Source: the human T2T-CHM13v2.0 reference genome, Homo sapiens. From it: 64,000 nt of DNA. Location: assembly GCF_009914755.1 (NCBI RefSeq), contig NC_060936.1; one strand, given 5' to 3'. The position numbers and the translations under genes are program-made. Below are positions 56,182-64,000 of the stretch, one piece after another. A model generated the notes under the pieces. The model made no database searches, was not told the DNA's origin, and saw only the letters and a program-made list of their open reading frames with translations. The stretch's first letter is position 1; each line of letters opens with the position of its first letter.

Positions 56182-59100
56182 TCCTTGAATCTGATATTCT
56201 AATGAGAAGAACCAGTTGTTTCATGTCATGCTCCTATTGATATGTTAACTGTTTCTAATCAAACACCATCTCATATATAAAAAATTCAGGGTTTGAAAAT
56301 CAAGAAAAAAATTTGACAATTTGTTACCCACCTGAAAGCTATTTTCTCCATTTCCTCAGGCTCTTCATTCTAAGAAACTAAGCCCTAAATAATATATGTT
56401 TTCCTTATAAACATTTTTATATTAAAAATTATCTTGAATTAAATGGCCTTGACTGTCAAAGCTCATGATGATCTTAGTTTTTTTTTTTAAACTTCCAAAC
56501 GTGACTAAATCTTCATGGTGTCTCAGGAAAATGACAAGGGTGGTTGTTCTGGGTAGCTGATAATTCTGGTTCTAATTCAAATCCCTGTCTGCCACTGATG
56601 CAATAGGTAGGCTTGTGAGCTAAAGCAGAAGAGGCGCAATCAGGCACTCTAGAGATCGCAACATCCTCTGGAAACTCAGACGCCATGTGAGATGTTTGGT
56701 TTTTTCAGCAAAATGGTACCACTTCAAAAAAAAGGTTGTCATAAGACGGGTGCATTGTTTTATTTATAATAACTAAAAATTGGTTACAACCTAAATTTCT
56801 AATAGTGGTGGATTTATTAATTATGGTTCTAACATATAATGGAATATTTTATGGCTATTAAAAATGATGACAAGGAAAAATGTTTATGATCTTAAGCAAA
56901 AAAGTGACTTACAATGTGGAATATATAAACACAATTAGATATATATAGATAACTTTCTATAGCAAAGTTTATTAAAACTGGGTTGAAAACAGTTAATATA
57001 TTTCCATTCATGCACACACAAATACATAGAAAAAACCATATGAATATACTTTAAGCATTAATAGTAACTACCTTGGAGTGATAGGATTATGAAGATTTTT
57101 ATTTTCTTTATACTTTATTATCTAAGTGCTTTATAATTTGAATATATAATGTTATAATCAGGGAAGAGTTTATCTTAAAGGAGAATAGGTTTAATTCAGC
57201 AAAATGCTTCTGTTTAAGATCCATGTGTCAAGAAAAATTGTAAAAGATTTTGACATGGATTGAAAGGATTACTGGGTGTCTTCCATGGAAATCTGTGCCT
57301 AAATCACATCATTCTGGGCTATGGGATTCTATGGTGTTTGCCCCTTTCAGTGTGGTAGAGCTATGTTAAAACTCTGTAAATTGCAGGTAACTGATATCGG
57401 TGCAAATGATTTTTATATATAGATATGCAAATGAAATATGTTCTTGGGGGATCAATAGTTTCAGTAAAAGCCATTTTTGCATTTATTTATAAATTCATTC
57501 TATACAGTGTATGTGTGTATCTGATGTTTGAATTCTCCTTTGAAACGGTTGTAACATCTTCCTGGTCCCTTCATTAATTAAGTAGTTAAATACAATCTGT
57601 GACATGCATTCATATTATATTTCTATGAGAGTCATGGTTTTATCTTTAGAAATTTATATGCTTTAACGTTTGCAAAGTTTAAGTTAACTTGAAACTTTAA
57701 CGTTTGCAAAGTTTTAAGTTAACTTGAAAACATTGTCAATTTCACCTCAAGTTTGAAATTAATAACATCTGTTGAGCATTTACCATGTGCCAAGCGCCGT
57801 GCTATTTACTTTACATCATATCATTTTATTCTTACAACAACCTTCTGGATGAAAAGGAATTAAAAGATGAAGTACAGTAAATCCCATTCCTCACTTTACT
57901 TCATTTATCTTTGATAGCTATAATCTTAGACTCTTAATTTGTACTATCTTGATATCAGAGGACTCATTATTTGTTTCCAAGCTCTTAAAAATAGTTTATT
58001 AAAAATGATTTGAAAACAGTATTGTTGATTATATTTAATCTCGAAAGAACAAATTTTTGAGAAGCTATTTATTTATCTTCTTCATCCTGAAGTAGGTGCT
58101 CAAATGCTTTGTTGGCTTAGCGTTGAAAGCAAAGAGGAGATTCCCGCCCAGATTGAGCAGAGTGGGGAAAAGTATGCCGTGGGAAAAACTACATACTAAG
58201 ATCACAAGTAAAAGCTCAAGAAGGAAACTGGCAGAAACTCTGGCTCACTTGTTGAGGTTTGTGGGAGTAGCTGCTAGAACCTGTGGAAGGACAGTAACCA
58301 CCAGGCAGCTCTTGAGATCTATGAGGAAGAATAGTCTGTTCAGGAAACTGCCATCAAAAAAGCTTTGAACATTTTCTGCCCCTGTCTCGCTGCTTAAGAT
58401 TTAAATTCTCCAGATAGCTATTATCAAAAGAGGGCAGTGGGGATGCAGGGAAGGCAGAAACATCTGCTGTCCATAAGCTGTATAGGAATACCACGGAAGT
58501 GCCCCATGTTCAGGAAAATGGGGGAAATGCTGAAGGCTTTGGAGCAGACAAGCAGTGACTGAAGTGCTTAATTCAGGTGGGATTAATCTAGAAGGGCTTC
58601 AGGGAGGTTAAGCAGAATTGCTGTGTAGAGGAGAGCCGTTGCTTGGAAAAAGTGCCTGTATGATATTGGCATATAGTAGGCACTTACTGATATTTATGTA
58701 GTGAATGAATGAAAGAACAGTGCAAAAGACTAGTCCATTCAACAAGCAGATATTGAATTCTAACCAGGGCTGGGGCACCCAGCAAGTTCAACTGTATGAA
58801 GAGGGAAAACTTGCCCAGTAGCAGAATGGTCCGGTGAATAGAACAGAGATGTTGATAGAATGCCTCAGATTCCATTATTAGCAGAGATAAAATGATAAAT
58901 GTCTTAAGTGGTTCCTGTATATTATTTCTCTAAAATGTGAAAACAACTTTGATTAGCTGGTTTCTGAATTTCTGACAGAAGAGTCAGAAGCTCTGAAAGC
59001 CGAATGCAGTGTAGAGGACAGAACCTGCCCAGTGCTGGCACTGGGCAAGTCTGTCTTATGGGTAAAGAGTATCTCTGGCCTCAGGCCAGTCTCTCAATTC

Positions 59101-60323
59101 TCTGTCTTTGGGGCCACAACTTTCCCACTCTCTTAGACAACCAGTTTCCTATGCCCTCTTCCTTCTGTCCTAATAAAACCTAAGCTTGCACAGAGGAGCA
59201 AATGGCAAATGATCTAACACCACCTTACACCTCTGTAGAGTCTTGTATTCAAAGTGCTTTCATAGAACATTGAAACTGTCTGGATCAAAAGCAGCAGAAA
59301 GATTACCTCCTCCAGGAATAGGTCTGGTTAATCTCTAATGGTGGAATTTTAGGTATTATATTGTACCCAGCATCTTTGAAATTATCCCACAGATATATAT
59401 AGATATAGATATCTATATATAGATAATATATAGAGAGATAATGTATCTGTATGGATATATTCTACCTTCTGTTTTTTGAAAGAGCTTTTATTTCTATGGG
59501 ATCCCTATACTGTCCTTGTTTATACTATTTTTGGAGGTTTCTATGGATATAGTTTCTATATATATTATAGATAATATAGAGAGAGATAATACATTTATAT
59601 AGACATATAGAGATATCTATATATATATATATATCTCTGTGGGATAATTTCAGAGATGCAGGAGTTCATTGTTCATCTGTGCAGCAGCCTCTGATTCTGT
59701 GTAGAAACAGCAGGGACTTCCCAGGAGACTGGGAACAAGAACATGCCAAAGACAGGAAGAACCAGCCAGGTCATGCAAGGAATTTAGGATTATCTGAACA
59801 TTTCTATGAAATTATCTGAACATTTCTAAGAAATACCTTTCTTCTTTCATTCTGGGATCTCCAAAATGAAGGTGATTTAATTAGAATTTGAAGTGTGCCG
59901 TAAGGAGATTAGAGCTGACCTTTGTCACCTGCCCACGCTACCTTTGAGACCTGTCAGATTTATCACCATCTCTGGGGAGTCCTGGAACAAAATCACCCAA
60001 ACAAACCCTTCTGAGTGGAGGACTCCCCACCTTCTTTGGTGTTATTGATATTGTCATCTTTCAACTTTGAAGTTAGAACCTGGTTTCTGGAAGACTCTAC
60101 AATGTCTTGGAAGCTAAACATTCAATACATGGACAATTGTGGATAATATAGATAACCTAAAAGAAGAAGATCATTATCACTAGTAATTTTACTATTTAGT
60201 GCTAACTGTGTTCAGTTTGGTGTGTATCTTGTGTGCTTTTTAAAACAAAAATGGGATTATATAATTTGTACTTTTTAGTAAACATACAGTAAGCATCTCT
60301 TAATGTTAGTTATTCATCATCAA

Positions 60324-60533
60324 CAGGGGTCAGTAAATTATGGACCACAGGCCAAATCTGGCCTGCAGCCTGTTTTTGCAAATAAACTTTTACTGTAACA
60401 TACTCTTTTACATATTGTCTGTGGCTGCTTTGATGCTGTGAGCGAAGAGGTGAATGGTTGCAATAGAGACCATGTGGCCTGCAAAACCTAAAATATTATC
60501 TGGCTCTTTACAAAAAAAGTTTACCAACCCCTG
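60324..60533. mobile_element. MER58A-like hAT MITE
   Basis: caggggtcagtaaa...tttaccaacccctg terminal inverted repeats. Confidence 0.85.
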
Positions 60534-60981
60534 ATCTACAACCTAACTAATAATCATAATAACTGTTGTCAAGCACTTACTGTGTGCTGAGTGCAGAATC
60601 ATCCTTAGGAACATGGGTTCTGAGTTAGTCATCCTGGCTGTGATTCCTAGCTCTGCCACTGACTACCTGTGGGACTATGGATAGGTTCATAAGGCTCTGC
60701 AGGCCTTAATTTCCTTGCTTGTAAAATGGGGATAACCCTATTATCTCAAAATGTTGTGAAGCACTATGCCTGGCACAGAGAGACAGTAATTTTTAGTTCC
60801 TAGTATTCTCATTGTTTCTTAATTATTATTTTCTCCGTTTAGCATCAAGGCAGCCCTGGGGGATTTCTATCCTTGTATGAGAAACATGAGGCTGACAGAG
60901 GTTAGGTAACTTGCTTGCGGGTTATCCACATAGTAAGTGGCTGCAAGGTCATTTATTCCTTATCTTGTTTATTCAGTCAGT

Positions 60982-61444
60982 TGTCAAAGTCAAAATAAAA
61001 ATGTAGAGATGAATCTCTAAATTTAATGTTTTATTTGGGAAGAAAGAATTGCAATTTGGAGCATACAGGCAGGCTAGGTTGTCTTTGGTATGCTTGAAGA
61101 ATAAAGAGGAGGCTGGAGGTTTTATAGAAAGGAGAAATGTTATGTCTTGTTCTTTGAGGAAATTAATTGGCACTATTAAAGTTTAGGGAGCTGGCAAGTT
61201 TTGGTTGGTGAGTGACAGTGGTGGGTAAAACTAGTATTAAAAGTTGTAGCAGGTTGTTTCAGCAACGATTAGATATAAAACTGGTCTAAGTTTATATAGC
61301 AAGCAGTTTCAGCATCCAGGCTTGTAGAGAATTACATTTTTTGAGCAATGTTATATGCCCTGAGTGCTTTCTCCCCCTGGCCTCATGACTCTGTTTTAGT
61401 TGGCTATGACAAGAATGACCTAATTTGTGTGATCAACTTTCACA
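60982..61444 (-). mobile_element. ERV1-class solo LTR (MER31-like)
   Basis: TG...CA ends; 4-bp TSD-like cagt/caat; subfamily from memory. Confidence 0.7.
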
Positions 61445-62079
61445 CAATCAAAAAATATTTGACTGTCTCTCATGAGCCTGCTGCTCTCCTAAGAGCCAGG
61501 GACTCTGTGATGAATTAGCAGAATCCTTGCCTTATAGTGGCTTCTTCTCTAGATGAAGGGAGAAGACAATAGGAGATAAATAAAACAATGATTTCAAAAT
61601 GTCATTAATTATGAAGAAAATAAAACCGGATGGTGATGCAGAGAGTCTGATGAAGAGAGAGTTACTTGAGCTAAGACAATCAGGAATGGTTTCTGAGGGG
61701 ATGACATTCAAGCTGAGACCTGAAGAATGACCAGAAGCAAGTCATGCATCTGTCTGGGAGAAGAACATTTTAGGTAAAAAGAGCAACTGTGCCGTCACTG
61801 AGCTTGAAGTGGTTGGGAGAGGGGTAGGAAAGGAACAGTGAGGTGGAAGCGCTTGAAGTGTGAGTGACAATGGGGAGGGTGGTAGAAAATGACATTAGAT
61901 TTTGGATTTTTATTCTCAGTGTGGAGAGTTTTAAGCAGGAGAACAGGCAGGGGCAGATGGGTGGGACGTGGGTGTGAGGAAGACAGAGGAATCTGTTTAG
62001 GATGATGCCTAGTTGTTGGTGTCAACAATTCATGGATGGTAGTACAATGTACTTAGATGTGGAAGACTGAGGAACAGGC

Positions 62080-62081
<2 letters not shown>

Positions 62082-62113
<32 letters not shown>
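62082..62113. repeat. (TG)n microsatellite within L2 remnants
   Basis: About 16 TG units. Confidence 0.95.
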
Positions 62114-62116
<3 letters not shown>

Positions 62117-64000
62117 TAAGAATTCATTTGGGACATTTTACGTTTGAGATCTCTTTTAGACAACCAAGTGGAAGCGATGAGGAGGCAGTTGGATTATTGA
62201 ATTTGAAACCCAAGGAAGGATTAGAGCTGCTGTTGTCAATTTGGGAATCATCAGCTTAAAGAGTCATCAGTTTAAAGCCCCTGAGACTAAGTGAGATCAC
62301 CAAGAAGAGTACAGATAGAGAAAAGGGTCCCAGATCACATTTTGGGATCCAAGTGAAAGTAACTAGTAAAGGAATGTTTAGTGAGGTAGGAGGGAAACCA
62401 GAAGAGTGTGGTTGTTAAACTAGGAAAGAAAGTGTTTCAAGAAGAATATGGTTAAACGTTTCAAATGTTTCTGAAATACAAGACAATTGCCTATAGAATC
62501 TGGGGAAAAGAAGGTTGTATGTGACCTTGAAAAAAGGATTTCGTGCAGTGGGGAAGGATGTCCAGTCAGTGGGTCGAAGACAGCAGCCTGTGATCAGTAA
62601 GAAAACCACTATCATTTAATGAAGGAAAACCACTGCCATTTAATGAATGCTTTACTTTATGTTAGATATTGTACTAAGACTTTATATTAATTCTTAATTT
62701 GCACAACACAATGAATGATAATGTTGTCAGTATTTTAGAGAGGAGGAAACAGATTCAGAGAAGGTATGTACTTTGCCCAAGGTAGCACAGCTATTAGGTA
62801 TGTGAAGTGCTTAGATTTGGACAGAAGTCTGTCTGGCTCTGAAGGCTTGTGTCCCTATCCACTGTGCACATTGTCTTCTAATCAGGTCACAGGGAACATC
62901 TATAGAGATAGTTGTAGAACTCATGTCTCCTGTGAAGCAGAAGATAGGGCTTGCTTTTTTTTTTTTTTTTTTTTTTGGTACAATTTGCATGTAAAATTAT
63001 TCCGGACTGCTAGCAGTTGGCACTTTACTGCCATCTGCCATTATTCCTTAGAAAATCCCAGCTCTAGCACAATAAGATGAGGTGTTAGTGGTAAAAAGGT
63101 AATGGTTTATGTTCATTGAGCAGGCAGCTCCAGAAACTCATAATGTAAGTCCACTAATAAGAGTACAAAGATATCAGAACACCATCACTGTTCTTTAGTA
63201 CTGCTCTGTGCATAACAAAAATATACAGAGGAAAGTTAGGCAGCAGGCTATGCTCAGAAGTGCAGTATAAATATTAACTCTTAATCTTGTAATTTTGGGT
63301 AATCTGACTCAGGACAAAAAGTCCAGCAAGATGGGACCCCAGTGGTTGATACCCTGGTATTAACAATATAAGAAACAAATGTCATATATGGCAATAAGAA
63401 GTAATGTGTTCTGAAGAGAGCATCATGTGACTTGATGCTGAGAATTAGTGTCATTCTCGTAGGGTTAAAGCTACCAATAGCTCAACTATTAAGAGCTGAG
63501 AAATATGCTTCCTAGGAATCTCTGTGGTATGCAGGCTAATGGTGTATGCCTTGTTTCAGGCACACTTGGCTTTGAATCCTGGTTTCTTTGCATCTTAGTT
63601 GTATGACCTTTTAAAGTTTCAATGTTCTCCATCTGTCAAATGGGGATAATAACACCTACCCTCTTACGGTTGTGAAGATTAATGATAAAACGTTAAAATG
63701 ACAGAATAAATGGTAGTGGTTTTTATTATAGTATTTGCAAGTGTGAAGGAACCAAATTGCTTGTTTTATTTATTGTGAAACAAGAACAAGTACAGCTACA
63801 TACATAGATCCATACATTTCTTTTTCAAAGAAACACTCCTGTCTCCAGGGAGTTATTAAAAGTTTTACATGTTCACATTAATTCCAGAGAATTTATAATC
63901 ATAAAATCCATTTATAGCCCTTAGTTGCCAAGCAACAAAGGACAAAGTACTGAGTATTTCCTTTTATTGCAAAAGGTTCAGCTTTTCCATGTTGGTCTTG

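Overview
Human genomic DNA (diagnostic human-specific L1HS-Ta1 element present). The + strand carries the last eight coding exons of RAB3IP (Rabin8, Rab8 GEF; 873 nt, 290 aa plus stop, all GT-AG and phase-consistent), its 3' UTR, and the first coding exon of MYRFL (MDVVGENEALQQFFE, ATG 54652) behind an HNF4/GATA/CDX-type motif cluster. The introns hold three young antisense L1s: (i) a full-length L1HS Ta-1nd with intact ORF1 and ORF0, a 1-nt ORF2 frameshift, and an antisense promoter pointing into RAB3IP; (ii) a 5'-truncated L1PA2-like copy; (iii) an L1PA3/4-like copy whose 5' UTR lacks exactly the 524-nt 97/622 intron (a SpIRE), keeps the ZNF93 segment and is interrupted by an SVA. Less obvious signals are a tailless tRNA-Cys 5'-fragment retrocopy with TSDs, a MADE1 hairpin with concerted arm changes, two double-substitution patches shared by the L1HS and the neighbouring L1 (possible gene conversion), and a recurring class of locally templated insertions with fold-back arms and (TA)-rich filler. 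No prokaryote-type system (CRISPR etc.) is present. Repeat subfamily names come from recalled consensus features, not from a database run.
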